From an uncultured Bacteroidales bacterium (GTDB lineage Bacteria > Bacteroidota > Bacteroidia > Bacteroidales > GWA2-32-17), in assembly GCA_964431135.1 (NCBI GenBank), contig CAYSIN010000003.1, positions 3,182 through 67,181 on the forward strand: DNA of 64,000 nucleotides, written 5' to 3'. The position numbers and the translations under genes are program-made. The notes below the pieces were generated by a model, which saw nothing but the letters and a program-made list of their open reading frames with translations, was not told where the DNA came from and did no database searches. This document shows positions 37,238 through 47,097 of the stretch, piece after piece (position 1 is the stretch's first letter; every line of letters begins with the position of its first letter).

Positions 37238-37619
37238 TGGAGCTGCCGGGATTCGAACCCGGGTCCAAACAAGGAACCAAATTGCTTTCTACATGCTTAG
37301 CATTTGTTTCATTGTCGGGTATAAACTGGTCAAATGCAACCCATTTATACCGTATCTTCTAACTTTTCGAATCGACACCGAAGCGTTGTCGGTTCTATCC
37401 CTGCCTTACGACACTTCGTGCTCAGACGCCGCAGGGCATGGTATCTGCGAAGTGTTCGTCCATACAGTCCTAGACCGTTGGAAAATCCGCAATTCTATGC
37501 GGCGAATGCATAATCAAAATTGCCATTTATTTGGCGTAAGAACCTGTTTAGCGAGCGTATTCTTATGGCTCGGCATGCTTACAATTCCATCCTCTTGCTG
37601 TCAAAACCATGTCAGCCCC
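37238..37619 (-). ncRNA. ssrA: tmRNA (SsrA)
   Basis: The minus strand starts GGGGCTGACATGGTTTTGAC and ends GGGTTCGAATCCCGGCAGCTCCA. The acceptor stem GGGGCUG/CAGCUCC includes the G3-U pair. The T-arm is GGGUUCGAAUCCC. The tag reading frame at 37524-37495 is GGC AAT TTT GAT TAT GCA TTC GCC GCA TAG, giving (A)GNFDYAFAA. Confidence 0.95.
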
Positions 37620-37631
37620 AAAATGGTTAAG

Positions 37632-37663
37632 CAAAGATACAACTTATTTTTTTAAAATTCAAA
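37632..37663 (-). promoter_or_regulatory. Candidate Bacteroidota-type promoter of ssrA (TTTG-N20-TATCTTTG)
   Basis: On the minus strand, TTTG (37663-37660), a 20-nt spacer, then TATCTTTG (37639-37632), ending 12 nt before the mature tmRNA 5' end. This matches the TTTG / TAnnTTTG consensus described for Bacteroides promoters. Confidence 0.5.
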
Positions 37664-37923
37664 TATTAAAAATTAAAAATTTTGAAAAATCTACTCTTCC
37701 AAACTTGTTTTTTGGAAAAAAATACAGAACCAGCGGTAGAAACTTTTATGGTACTAATTTGTTTAGTTAATGGACAGACACAATTTATGATATCTAATAG
37801 AATATAGGGTTTAGGGTAAATGAATAATGTAATTAACCGAACAGTGTTGTTAAAAAAATTAAAATCATTTGGAGTTATCAAAAATAATTACCACTTTGCA
37901 CCCTTGTTTTATAAAAGAAGCAG

Positions 37924-39153
37924 ATGCGTAGAGGAATTTCAGTTTTTATCTTTATAAGTATTATATTTATTGTATTTTACAGTGCCTATTCCAATTCTTC
38001 ACAAACTAAAAATCCGGCAAAACGGGCTATCAATAAAACTTCACATATAGATGCTCAGAAGTTATATCTTTTAAAATCTACTTTTGAATTACGAAAGCGG
38101 TGCAATGATTTTTTTACCCGGCAATTTAATATGGGAAATTTTTCGGGCACCGTATTAATTGGCTATAAGGGCGAAGTTATATATAGAGGTGCATTTGGTT
38201 ACGCTAATCGTAAACAAAAAATGCTTATGACGCCGCAACATATTTTTCAAATTGGTTCCATGTCGAAACAATTCACGGCTATTTCTATTTTACAATTGGT
38301 TGCTAGCGAAAAATTGTCGTTAAACGATACGGTCAATAAGTTTTATCCAGATTTTCCTTACCATGGAATTACTATTCGTATGTTGTTGACACATCGGTCT
38401 GGATTGCCCAATTATATTTATCAACTCGAAAATTCAAGTATCGATAAAACAAAACCTGTGAGCAATCAAGAAATGGTTGATTACATGATTAAGCACAAAG
38501 AAAAAGCATACAGTAAACCGGGTCGTCATTATCAATATAGCAATACAGGCTATGCGTTATTGGCTGCTATTATAGAGAAAGTAAGTGGCATGTCTTTTAG
38601 CGAATATGTGCATAAACATATTTTTGAACCCCTTGGAATGAATCATTCATTTTTTTATACCGATATATTCGAAAATAAAATCAATGCTTCCTTGCCAATA
38701 GCAACCGGTTATTTGTCACCACGACAGGAATCAGGTTTTTATTATTTGAACGGTATATTGGGAGATAAAGGGTTATTTACTACTATTGATGACCTTCATA
38801 CATGGGATACTTCACTCTATCACCATTATATTCTTCCCATCAATTACATAGATAGTGCTTTGACCAAACAGACTAAAACCAGGTTGAGCCTTATTTCTTA
38901 TGGTTTTGGATGGAAAATGTATTTTTTAAAAGATACGTTTGCTGTATATTTTCATTCGGGATGGTGGCAAGGATATCAATCGGTTATTATGCATATCCCT
39001 CATGATACGGTTACAGTGGTTATTTTAAAAAATAAAAAAACAGGACATCCTATTGACCAACGAGCCATGATTGACCTTATATATCCGGGAAATAATTTGT
39101 TCAATCGAACAGCGAAAAAAAATGTTTTTACTTACCATAGCGAACAGGAATAA
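37924..39153 (+). CDS. Serine hydrolase of the class C beta-lactamase / DD-peptidase family
   Basis: 409 aa with an N-terminal membrane anchor, an SxxK motif (GSMSKQFTA) and YSN (QYSNTGY). Confidence 0.8.
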   Translation: MRRGISVFIFISIIFIVFYSAYSNSSQTKNPAKRAINKTSHIDAQKLYLLKSTFELRKRCNDFFTRQFNMGNFSGTVLIGYKGEVIYRGAFGYANRKQKMLMTPQHIFQIGSMSKQFTAISILQLVASEKLSLNDTVNKFYPDFPYHGITIRMLLTHRSGLPNYIYQLENSSIDKTKPVSNQEMVDYMIKHKEKAYSKPGRHYQYSNTGYALLAAIIEKVSGMSFSEYVHKHIFEPLGMNHSFFYTDIFENKINASLPIATGYLSPRQESGFYYLNGILGDKGLFTTIDDLHTWDTSLYHHYILPINYIDSALTKQTKTRLSLISYGFGWKMYFLKDTFAVYFHSGWWQGYQSVIMHIPHDTVTVVILKNKKTGHPIDQRAMIDLIYPGNNLFNRTAKKNVFTYHSEQE

Positions 39154-39191
39154 TGTGAAAATTAATTTGGAAATTAGAAAATGTGAAAATT
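39152..39191 (+). repeat. Module R6: two identical 12-mers AATGTGAAAATT 28 nt apart, starting within the stop codon of the preceding gene
   Basis: Copies are at 39152-39163 and 39180-39191. The same AATGTGAAAAT word occurs twice on the minus strand at 49561-49598. TGTGAAAA(A)TTAATTT recurs at 51296-51311. Confidence 0.8.
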
Positions 39192-39263
39192 TTAACTTAA
39201 TAAATGCAACTCTTTGTCAAAAAAAAATGTCTTATAGAGGTTATCAAAATAAGATTAAGTGTT

Positions 39264-39271
39264 TAACTTTG
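39264..39271 (+). promoter_or_regulatory. Candidate -7 promoter box (TAACTTTG) for the M14 peptidase gene
   Basis: Matches TAnnTTTG, 12 nt upstream of the ATG at 39284. I saw no clean -33 TTTG. Confidence 0.3.
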
Positions 39272-39283
39272 AAAAAAAAAATT

Positions 39284-42200
39284 ATGAAGAAATTTATAAG
39301 TATTTTATTGATTTTTTCATCCCTTTATGCTTTGGGACAAAAAAATGAATCTGAACTGATAAAGGCAAAAAATCAAATTAAAACATACAGCGATGTATAT
39401 TTTAAGTTTACCATCCATCAAAAATCAGATTTAAACGCATTGCCAAATTATATTTCTATTGATAATGTGATAGGAAATACGGTATATGCTTATGTACATG
39501 CAAAAAATTTTGAAAACTTACTTTCACTGAATTTGCCTTTTGAAGTGGTATCCAAAACATCGGGTACCAAAGCATTAACTATGGCAACTACGGTGGCTCA
39601 AATGGCTAACTTTGATAGATATCCAACCTATTCGGTATATATTCAAATGATGCAGAATTATGCATCTACTTATCCAAATATATGCAGACTCGATACCATT
39701 GGCACAACACAGGGAGGTAGATTGTTGCTGGTACTGAAAATCACAGATAATCCTGATGTAGATGAAAATGAACCTGAATTTTTATATTCAGCACAGATGC
39801 ACGGGGATGAATTGGTGGATGGAGTACTTGCGCTACACATGATTGATTATTTATTGAAAAATTATGGTACCAATGCAACTGTAACCAACTTGGTAAATAG
39901 TATAGAAATATGGATTAATCCATTAGCCAATCCCGATGGAACTTATCATGGAAGTAATACGGATGTTTCCGGAGCATCCCGTTATTATAACAGTGGCGAT
40001 GACCCCAATAGAAACTTTCCCAATCCTGTAGAGGGACAGCATCCGGATGGAAGTTCATGGGATATAGAAACCATTGCTATGATGAATTTTGGCGCTGCAC
40101 ATCATTTCGTTATGTCTGTCAATACGCATAGCGGTGCCGAAGTTGTTAACTTTCCATGGGACAGTTGGACAACGTCCGAAAAAACGCATGCCGATGATAC
40201 ATGGTGGCAATATGTTTCACATGAATTTGCCGATACAGTTTTTGCCAACAGTTCTGGTGGCTATATGACTGGCGTTTCGAGTGATGGCATTACAGAAGGT
40301 GCTGACTGGTATTATGCTTTCGGCAGTCGCCAGGATTATTATACTTATTATTTATTAGGAAGAGAAGTTACCATTGAATTATCCAATACAAAATTGCTGG
40401 ATGCAAGTTTATTACCAGCACATTGGAATTATTCATATCGTTCCTTTTTAAATTATATGAAACAGTCGCTTTATGGTGTACGTGGAATCATTACCGATGA
40501 CTGTACAGGACAGCCCATTGTGGCTAAAGTGTTTGTCAATTCTCACGACCGGGACAGTTCGCATGTATATAGTTCTTTACCAATCGGCGATTATCACCGT
40601 CCTATATATGCAGGTACCTATTCTATTACTTATTCGGCACCAGGTTATCAATCACAAACTATAAATAATATTACCGTAGCCAACAAAACTACCGTTATTC
40701 AAAATATTCAATTAACACCTACGGGTGCGCCGATAGCCAATTTTATAGCCGATGTTACTTCCGGTTGTAATGCTACTATTCATTTTACCAATCAATCACA
40801 GGCACCGTCAGGCTCTACTTACTTATGGGACTTTGGAGACGGACAAACTTCTACAGACGAAAATCCCGTACATTCTTATGCTTCCAGTGGAAATTATACA
40901 GTATCACTTACGGTGCATAGTGTCTGTACAGGTGACAATACTAAAACACAGACCAATTATATTACTATAACATTGCCAGATGCACCTACAACGACTAATG
41001 ATAATATTTGTGGGGCAGGCGTTGCAAATTTAACGGCTAATGGTACAGGTACTTTGTATTGGTATGATGCTGAACAGGGTGGAAATCAGGTTGATACAGG
41101 CACTTCCTATCATCCAACGGTATCGGCAACCACTACTTATTATGTAGAAAATCATGTAGCATCACCAAGTATCTATGGCGGAGACTTGCGTTCTAATTCG
41201 GGTGGAAGTTATTATACTGCTTCAACCATACATTATCTTATTTTTAATTGTACTGCTGCCATGCGTTTGGTGTCGGTAGAAGTTAATGCTCAAACAGCGG
41301 GATATCGCACTATTCAATTACAGGATGCCAGTGGAACTGTATTACAAAGTGCTAATGTCAGTGTACCCGCAGGAGTAAGCAGAATAACATTGAATTTTGA
41401 TTTACCAGTGGCGAATAATTTAAGACTGGTGGGTCCTGCATCACCCGGACTTTATAGAAACACATCAGGTTCAAATTATCCATATAATATAGGTACAGCA
41501 ATTTCTATAACGGGTAATTCAGCAGGAAATGCGGCTTATTATTATTTCTTTTATAATTGGGAAGTAAAAGGTCCCGACTGTATTAGTGCTCGCATTCCTG
41601 CCACAATTACCGTAAATACTCAACCTGTTGCCAATGCTGGACAGGACGTGAATACATGTTCTTCTATGGTTAATTTGAATGCAATTCCATCAACAGGTTC
41701 AGGAACATGGCATCAGGTGTCAGGAAATGGCACAGTAAATTTTACTAATGCCAACAATCCAACTACTTCTGCATCATTGCCCAACGAAGGTTCATATACG
41801 CTACAATGGGAAGAAAACAATAATGGATGTATATCAACGGATGAAATGATCATTATCCGCTATTCATCACCTAGTGCCAATGCTGGACTAGATATGCAAA
41901 TTGCTACTGGTACTAGTGCTCAGTTAAATGGTACTGCAAGCAATGGCTCAGGCGATTTTTCTTATCACTGGGAACCGGCAGCCATGGTTTCCAATGCCAA
42001 TATTGCCAATCCAACAACGGTCAATCTTTCTACGAATCAAACTTATATTTTGTCTGTAACTGATAATGTTACCGGTTGTAACGATATAGATACTGTTTTG
42101 ATTACTATTGCGGCATCGGTATTAACAGTTAATATCAATCCTTCTTCCAATAATGTATGTCCAGGAACACTTGTTCAACTCAATACAGAAGTAACAGGAG

Positions 42201-42844
42201 GAAGTGGAAGTTATTTGTATTCATGGTCTTCTATGCCAGCAGGATTTTCAAGTAATCTGTCAAACCCAGTAGATACTCCATTACAAAACACAACCTATTA
42301 TGTTACTGTTTCCGATGGAACTATTCAGGGAACGTCATCCATTAACATTAATGTTTTACCGTTGCCTCAGGCATCCTTTTCATATTCCGCCAATCAACTT
42401 GTTGTTACATTTTCCAATAATTCTACAGATGCCACTTCCTACTATTGGACTTTTGGGGATGGTACCTTTTCAAACATGGCAAATCCCATGCAACAATATG
42501 TAAGCAATGGCGATTATACAGTTACTTTGGTAGCCATTAATGGATGTGGGAGTGATACGGTGCAACAAACCATTCATGTTGAATCATCAGGCATTGAATT
42601 GAATAAATTAGTTAATGTTCAAATTTATCCAAACCCAGCCAAAGATATTCTTACAGTTAACTTTGATAAAGAACAACATGCCACTATCAGTTTAATTACA
42701 TTAGATGGTCGTCCATGGTTGACCCACGAATATAGGTTAAAACAGTGTAATGTTGATATTTCTATGCTGGAACAGGGATTATATGTCGTTATGATAAAAA
42801 CAGAGCAAGGCATTTTTAAGCAACTGTTCTTTAAAGAAAAGTAG
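39284..42844 (+). CDS. M14-family zinc carboxypeptidase fused to PKD/Ig-like repeats and a T9SS C-terminal sorting domain
   Basis: 1186 aa from ATG 39284 (MKKFISILLIFSSLYALGQ signal peptide). The track start at 39071 overlaps the previous gene and is rejected. The M14 motif is SAQMHGDELV. PKD-like units are WDFGDGQTSTDENPVHSYASSGNYTVSLTV and WTFGDGTFSNMANPMQQYVSNGDYTVTLVA. The C-terminus is VQIYPNPAKDILTV...GLYVVMIKTEQGIFKQLFFKEK. Confidence 0.8.
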   Translation: MKKFISILLIFSSLYALGQKNESELIKAKNQIKTYSDVYFKFTIHQKSDLNALPNYISIDNVIGNTVYAYVHAKNFENLLSLNLPFEVVSKTSGTKALTMATTVAQMANFDRYPTYSVYIQMMQNYASTYPNICRLDTIGTTQGGRLLLVLKITDNPDVDENEPEFLYSAQMHGDELVDGVLALHMIDYLLKNYGTNATVTNLVNSIEIWINPLANPDGTYHGSNTDVSGASRYYNSGDDPNRNFPNPVEGQHPDGSSWDIETIAMMNFGAAHHFVMSVNTHSGAEVVNFPWDSWTTSEKTHADDTWWQYVSHEFADTVFANSSGGYMTGVSSDGITEGADWYYAFGSRQDYYTYYLLGREVTIELSNTKLLDASLLPAHWNYSYRSFLNYMKQSLYGVRGIITDDCTGQPIVAKVFVNSHDRDSSHVYSSLPIGDYHRPIYAGTYSITYSAPGYQSQTINNITVANKTTVIQNIQLTPTGAPIANFIADVTSGCNATIHFTNQSQAPSGSTYLWDFGDGQTSTDENPVHSYASSGNYTVSLTVHSVCTGDNTKTQTNYITITLPDAPTTTNDNICGAGVANLTANGTGTLYWYDAEQGGNQVDTGTSYHPTVSATTTYYVENHVASPSIYGGDLRSNSGGSYYTASTIHYLIFNCTAAMRLVSVEVNAQTAGYRTIQLQDASGTVLQSANVSVPAGVSRITLNFDLPVANNLRLVGPASPGLYRNTSGSNYPYNIGTAISITGNSAGNAAYYYFFYNWEVKGPDCISARIPATITVNTQPVANAGQDVNTCSSMVNLNAIPSTGSGTWHQVSGNGTVNFTNANNPTTSASLPNEGSYTLQWEENNNGCISTDEMIIIRYSSPSANAGLDMQIATGTSAQLNGTASNGSGDFSYHWEPAAMVSNANIANPTTVNLSTNQTYILSVTDNVTGCNDIDTVLITIAASVLTVNINPSSNNVCPGTLVQLNTEVTGGSGSYLYSWSSMPAGFSSNLSNPVDTPLQNTTYYVTVSDGTIQGTSSININVLPLPQASFSYSANQLVVTFSNNSTDATSYYWTFGDGTFSNMANPMQQYVSNGDYTVTLVAINGCGSDTVQQTIHVESSGIELNKLVNVQIYPNPAKDILTVNFDKEQHATISLITLDGRPWLTHEYRLKQCNVDISMLEQGLYVVMIKTEQGIFKQLFFKEK

Positions 42845-43039
42845 TTATCTTTTATTTTTCATACGTAAATAATTTTCAACACTACGGTCGTACGTTTTTT
42901 CGTAAAAACTGTTAAAATAACAAGCAGGCAATTCGTTCATGGAACGGTGATAGGCAATACATTCGCAGCATTTTCCTTTTCGGACACAAGGGTATGAACA
43001 ATTACACTGTTGGTTATTTTTAGTTATATTACAATCCAT
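42845..43039 (-). CDS. Small cysteine-rich protein (64 aa, 8 Cys), possibly DUF6485-like
   Basis: The sequence is [42 protein letters not shown]... The Cys spacing resembles a small conserved family I recall (CxC...C...CCxC..YH...LPxC). Its stop codon directly abuts the stop of the convergent M14 gene. Confidence 0.5.
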   Translation of the reverse strand: MDCNITKNNQQCNCSYPCVRKGKCCECIAYHRSMNELPACYFNSFYEKTYDRSVENYLRMKNKR

Positions 43040-43089
43040 AATTGAAGAATATTTAATATTTTTGCAAAAATAATTTAAGTTAATAAATA

Positions 43090-44676
43090 ATGAAAATAAG
43101 ACTTTTCATCATAATAGCATTGGCGTTGGCAGTGCAATCTTATGCACAATTGCCATCGCAAGCCTTGTTGAAAATACAGCGAACGTTGGATATTATCAAT
43201 TTATTTTATGTTGATTCGGTGAATAACGATAAGTTGGCAGAGGCAGCCATTGAAGAAATGCTTAAAACACTTGATCCGCATTCTACCTATATTAGTAAAG
43301 ACGAAGTTAGAGAAATGAATGAACCACTGGAAGGTAATTTTGAAGGGGTAGGTATTCAGTTCAATATTTTTAACGATACCATTTTGGTAGTAAATCCTAT
43401 TGCTGGTGGACCAAGCGAAAAGTTAGGCATACGTGCTGGTGACCGTATTATAAAAATTGACACTCAATTAGTGGCAGGGGTAGGTATCAAAAACAACGAC
43501 GTATTTAAAAAATTGCGTGGAAAAAAAGGAACAGTGGTTAATGTTTCCATTGCACGGCGTGGTGAAAAAAATTTACTGGATTTTTCTATTATTCGTGATA
43601 AAATTCCTATTTACAGTCTGGATGCTTCGTATATGGTTGATAAGGAAATAGGATATATTAAACTCGCACGTTTTTCGGCAACTACTATTGATGAATTTAA
43701 TAAGGCTATTGCTGACCTGAAAGCCAAAGGAATGAAAGACCTTATTCTTGATTTGGCAAGTAATGGCGGTGGATATTTGAATACAGCCGTTGATTTGGCT
43801 GATGAATTTTTGGATGACAAGAAAATGATTGTTTATACACAAGGATTAACCAGTCCGCGTACTGAATATAAATCTACAGAAAAGGGTGAATGGCAAATAG
43901 GACGTTTGGCTGTTATTGTTGACGAAAGTTCTGCATCTGCCAGTGAAATTGTTTCGGGTGCTGTGCAAGACTGGGACAGAGGTTTGATAGTGGGTCGTCG
44001 TACTTTTGGGAAGGGATTGGTGCAACGTCCATTTAATTTGACCGATGGCTCTATGATACGTTTGACCGTAGCACGCTATTATACCCCTTCAGGAAGATTA
44101 ATTCAAAAACCTTATGATAAGGGATTTAAAGATTATTCTGAAGAAATTATTAAACGGTATAATAACGGTGAACTTACTAATGCCGACAGTATTCATTTTC
44201 CTGATAGTTTAAAATATAAAACTCTTATATCAAAACGAACAGTATATGGCGGTGGAGGTATAATGCCCGATATTTTTGTTCCGCTCGATACAACTGCATA
44301 TACCAAATACTATAATGCCATAATGCGAAAAAATATTATTTATCCACTTATATTGCAGTATCTGGACAGAGAACGAAATAATTTAAAAGATAAGTATAAG
44401 GTGTTTGAAGATTTTAAAACCTCTTTCATTGTTGGCCAGAGCATACTCGACACTATTGCTGCCAAAGCCAAACGAGAAAAAATTGAATTTACCGAAGAAG
44501 AAAAAAATAAGTCGGCAGATGATATAAAAATATATATAAAAGCAATGCTTGCCCGTGATTTATGGGATAATTCTCAATATTTTGAAATTATTAATCCCAC
44601 TCGTCCCGAGTATATAAAAACCATTGAAGCCTTACGGGATAAGAAATTGTATAACAAAAAACTGGGAAAACTATAA
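43090..44676 (+). CDS. S41-family C-terminal processing peptidase (PDZ domain)
   Basis: 528 aa with a signal peptide, FEGVGIQF, a PDZ segment ([19 protein letters not shown]), LASNGGGYL and [10 protein letters not shown]. Confidence 0.9.
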   Translation: MKIRLFIIIALALAVQSYAQLPSQALLKIQRTLDIINLFYVDSVNNDKLAEAAIEEMLKTLDPHSTYISKDEVREMNEPLEGNFEGVGIQFNIFNDTILVVNPIAGGPSEKLGIRAGDRIIKIDTQLVAGVGIKNNDVFKKLRGKKGTVVNVSIARRGEKNLLDFSIIRDKIPIYSLDASYMVDKEIGYIKLARFSATTIDEFNKAIADLKAKGMKDLILDLASNGGGYLNTAVDLADEFLDDKKMIVYTQGLTSPRTEYKSTEKGEWQIGRLAVIVDESSASASEIVSGAVQDWDRGLIVGRRTFGKGLVQRPFNLTDGSMIRLTVARYYTPSGRLIQKPYDKGFKDYSEEIIKRYNNGELTNADSIHFPDSLKYKTLISKRTVYGGGGIMPDIFVPLDTTAYTKYYNAIMRKNIIYPLILQYLDRERNNLKDKYKVFEDFKTSFIVGQSILDTIAAKAKREKIEFTEEEKNKSADDIKIYIKAMLARDLWDNSQYFEIINPTRPEYIKTIEALRDKKLYNKKLGKL

Positions 44677-44694
44677 TTGTCAGTATAAAAAAAG

Positions 44695-45189
44695 TTATTG
44701 TTTGTCTTTACTCCATATATCAACGTCTTTAATAATGTTTTGGTCGATATGTACTTTTAATAAAGTAATTTGTCTATGGTCACCAAAGATGCCAGCAGCA
44801 CCGGGATTGATGAAAAGAAAGCGATGCGTTTTATCATACATGATACGTAATATATGGGAATGCCCAGCAACAACCAAGTCAAACTTGTTTTTATGGAATA
44901 CCAATACGGCTTCTTTTGTATAATGGGATGGGTAACCAACAATATGTTTTAAATAAACATTCAAGCCATTATATTCAAAAATCTGCTGTTCTGGAATTTC
45001 TTTTCGTATGTCCTGTCCATCAATGTTTCCATAAACTGCCCTTACCGGTTTAAATTGTTGCAATTGTTGGAGTATTTCCAGTGAGCCTATATCTCCTGCA
45101 TGCCAAATTTCATCACAATCATCAAAGAAAGTATATACAAACTTGCCGAGATATGTATGGGTGTCGGATAAAATTCCAATGAGTGGCAT
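44695..45189 (-). CDS. YfcE/MJ0936-family metallophosphoesterase
   Basis: 164 aa with motifs ILSDTH, HAGDIG, GNIDG and VAGHSH. Confidence 0.8.
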   Translation of the reverse strand: MPLIGILSDTHTYLGKFVYTFFDDCDEIWHAGDIGSLEILQQLQQFKPVRAVYGNIDGQDIRKEIPEQQIFEYNGLNVYLKHIVGYPSHYTKEAVLVFHKNKFDLVVAGHSHILRIMYDKTHRFLFINPGAAGIFGDHRQITLLKVHIDQNIIKDVDIWSKDKQ

Positions 45190-45971
45190 TAATATATCAA
45201 GTTAAAGTTATCGGCATCAAGGGCAACGGGAAAATCTTTTCTGAATTGTTCGAGTAATGATTTATCAAGTACAGCCTGAATAGATTCTTCCGTATTATTG
45301 TTTGCTTGGGCAATAATATCCCCTTTATAGTCCAGAATAAGAGTGTTCCCGTTGTATAAAATTTGATTGTTATCTATACCGCAGCGATTTACGCCAATTA
45401 CGTACGCTTGATTTTCGATAGCACGGGCAGCAAGCAATTTTTTCCACGACTCTATACGCGAAAATGGCCAGTTGGCAACTATAATCAAAACATCATAAAC
45501 ATTATTTTGGTTTCGCAGCCAGACAGGAAATCGCAAATCGTAGCATACAGACGGCATCAGGGTAAAATTGTTTTCACGAATTAGTATTTTTTCTTTACCT
45601 GCTGTATAGTACTTATGTTCATTTACCATTCTAAACAAGTGTCGTTTATTATAGCAATCAATGTTTCCTTTTGAATGAAAATAAAAAAAACGATTGTAGA
45701 AATGTTCTTCTTCCTTAATCATTAAACTGCCTGCCAGTGATACGTTGCTATTTACTGCCCATTGCTGCAATTGTAAAATATATTCATGTTGAGGGGAAAT
45801 GGCAAGATGCTGGACGTTCATGGAAAAACCTGTTAAAAACATTTCAGGAAAAACAAGCAAATCGGATTGAGATGAATATTTTTCTACATACTTTTTAACA
45901 TTGGCAAGATTTTGTTCATAATCTTCCCATGCGGTATTCATTTGCACGGCAGTAATGCACAGTTTATTCAT
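45189..45971 (-). CDS. Carbon-nitrogen hydrolase (nitrilase superfamily, omega-amidase-like)
   Basis: 260 aa from the internal ATG (MNKLCITAVQMNTAW), which overlaps the upstream gene stop by 8 nt. The catalytic triad context is FPEMF (Glu), YNKRHLF (Lys) and SVCYDLRFP (Cys). Confidence 0.8.
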   Translation of the reverse strand: MNKLCITAVQMNTAWEDYEQNLANVKKYVEKYSSQSDLLVFPEMFLTGFSMNVQHLAISPQHEYILQLQQWAVNSNVSLAGSLMIKEEEHFYNRFFYFHSKGNIDCYNKRHLFRMVNEHKYYTAGKEKILIRENNFTLMPSVCYDLRFPVWLRNQNNVYDVLIIVANWPFSRIESWKKLLAARAIENQAYVIGVNRCGIDNNQILYNGNTLILDYKGDIIAQANNNTEESIQAVLDKSLLEQFRKDFPVALDADNFNLIY

Positions 45972-46515
45972 AATCGGGAATATCAAATTGTTCTTTCTTT
46001 TTGCCAGTAACACCTTGATAACATGAAGCAATTTCTCTTAATATATCGTTGTAGGGGAGGGAAGAATCAACTATTTTGACAGGACCAAGAATTTTATTAC
46101 CATAATCCAGTTTGGTAATAACAATAGGAACGTGTGCCTTGTTGGCAATATAATAAAATCCTTTTTTCCATCGCTTTGTTTTTTTTCGCGTTCCTTCGGG
46201 TGTTATAACAAGGTAAAATTGTTCGTTGGTATTAAAATAATCAACCATCTGTTCTACCATATTATTGGTAGTTTTACCTCTGTCAATGGGAACACCGCCC
46301 AATGCTTTTAAGAAATATCCAAACGGAAAGACAAAAAATTCCTTTTTTATAATGAATTTAGTTTTAAGTCCAAAATGTCGAAGTGCGAGCCATCCATTTA
46401 TAAAATCCATGACGCTGGTATGTGGTGCGGCAATAATAACCATTTTATTGCAGTTTGGAAAAGAGCCTTCAATTTTCCAACCGCCACATTTTAAAGCCAG
46501 CGTCTGCCAGCGCAT
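45964..46515 (-). CDS. 1-acyl-sn-glycerol-3-phosphate acyltransferase-like (PlsC family)
   Basis: 183 aa with the HX4D motif (APHTSVMD) and ITPEGTR. Confidence 0.75.
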   Translation of the reverse strand: MRWQTLALKCGGWKIEGSFPNCNKMVIIAAPHTSVMDFINGWLALRHFGLKTKFIIKKEFFVFPFGYFLKALGGVPIDRGKTTNNMVEQMVDYFNTNEQFYLVITPEGTRKKTKRWKKGFYYIANKAHVPIVITKLDYGNKILGPVKIVDSSLPYNDILREIASCYQGVTGKKKEQFDIPDYE

Positions 46516-46522
46516 AATTGTA

Positions 46523-47095
46523 TTAATAATTTTCTACGAACAGTTCGAAGAAGGCTTTTGGATGCAAGCAAGCAGGGCAATGTTCGGGTGCTTTAGTACC
46601 TTCATGGACATATCCGCAATTGCGACATACCCATCTTACTTTTCCATCGCGTTCAAATACTTTACCATCTATAAGGTTTTGCAATAATTTGCGATAACGC
46701 TTTTCGTGCTCTTCTTCTACTTTGGCAATCATTTTAAATGCCGTTGCAATTTCCTTAAAGCCTTCTTTTAAGGCTACTTCGGCAAATTGAGGATACAATT
46801 CGCTCCATTCTTCATGTTCACCCTGAGCAGCAGCCTTCAGGTTTTCAACAGTTGTGCCAATTATGCCAGCAGGATATGTTGCAGTAATTTCTACAGCCCC
46901 ACCCTCCAAAAATTTGAAAAAGCGTTTGGCATGTTGTTTTTCCTGTTCGGCTGTTTTTTGAAATATAGCCGAAATTTGTTCTAATCCTTCTGTTTTTGCT
47001 ACTTTGGCAAAAAATTCATATCTATTACGTGCCTGTGATTCACCGGCAAACGATTTTAATAGATTTTTTTCTGTTTCTGTTCCTTTAATATTCAT
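46523..47095 (-). CDS. rbr: Rubrerythrin
   Basis: 190 aa with a diiron four-helix region (GESQARNRY, EKQHAKRF, EHEEW, EEEHEKRY) and a C-terminal rubredoxin-like CRNCGY...CPAC. Confidence 0.9.
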   Translation of the reverse strand: MNIKGTETEKNLLKSFAGESQARNRYEFFAKVAKTEGLEQISAIFQKTAEQEKQHAKRFFKFLEGGAVEITATYPAGIIGTTVENLKAAAQGEHEEWSELYPQFAEVALKEGFKEIATAFKMIAKVEEEHEKRYRKLLQNLIDGKVFERDGKVRWVCRNCGYVHEGTKAPEHCPACLHPKAFFELFVENY

Positions 47096-47097
47096 AC

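Noticed and set aside
37293-37655. 120-aa + strand ORF
   Set aside because: It lies entirely antisense to the well-supported tmRNA gene (37238-37619). It has no recognisable motifs and is a chance ORF.
37666-37881. 71-aa minus-strand ORF between ssrA and the serine hydrolase gene
   Set aside because: It is a low-complexity AT-rich translation that overlaps the divergent promoter region. It has no motifs.
37238-37923. tmRNA-targeted genomic island or prophage
   Set aside because: There is no integrase or phage gene and no duplicated tmRNA 3' segment on either side. nth abuts one side, and a promoter-like spacer plus a serine hydrolase gene lie on the other.
39152-39191. TGTGAAAAT words as Rex (redox repressor) operators, given the nearby redox and hydrogenase genes
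   Set aside because: The Rex box I recall is a palindrome (TTGTGAA..TTCACAA). All copies here are in one orientation with no inverted half-site. They sit after stop codons rather than in promoters.
39071-39283. N-terminal extension of the M14 peptidase ORF in the track (1257 aa version)
   Set aside because: The extension overlaps the end of the preceding gene and crosses the R6 repeat spacer. A typical signal peptide (MKKFISILLIFSSLYALGQ) begins at the ATG at 39284.
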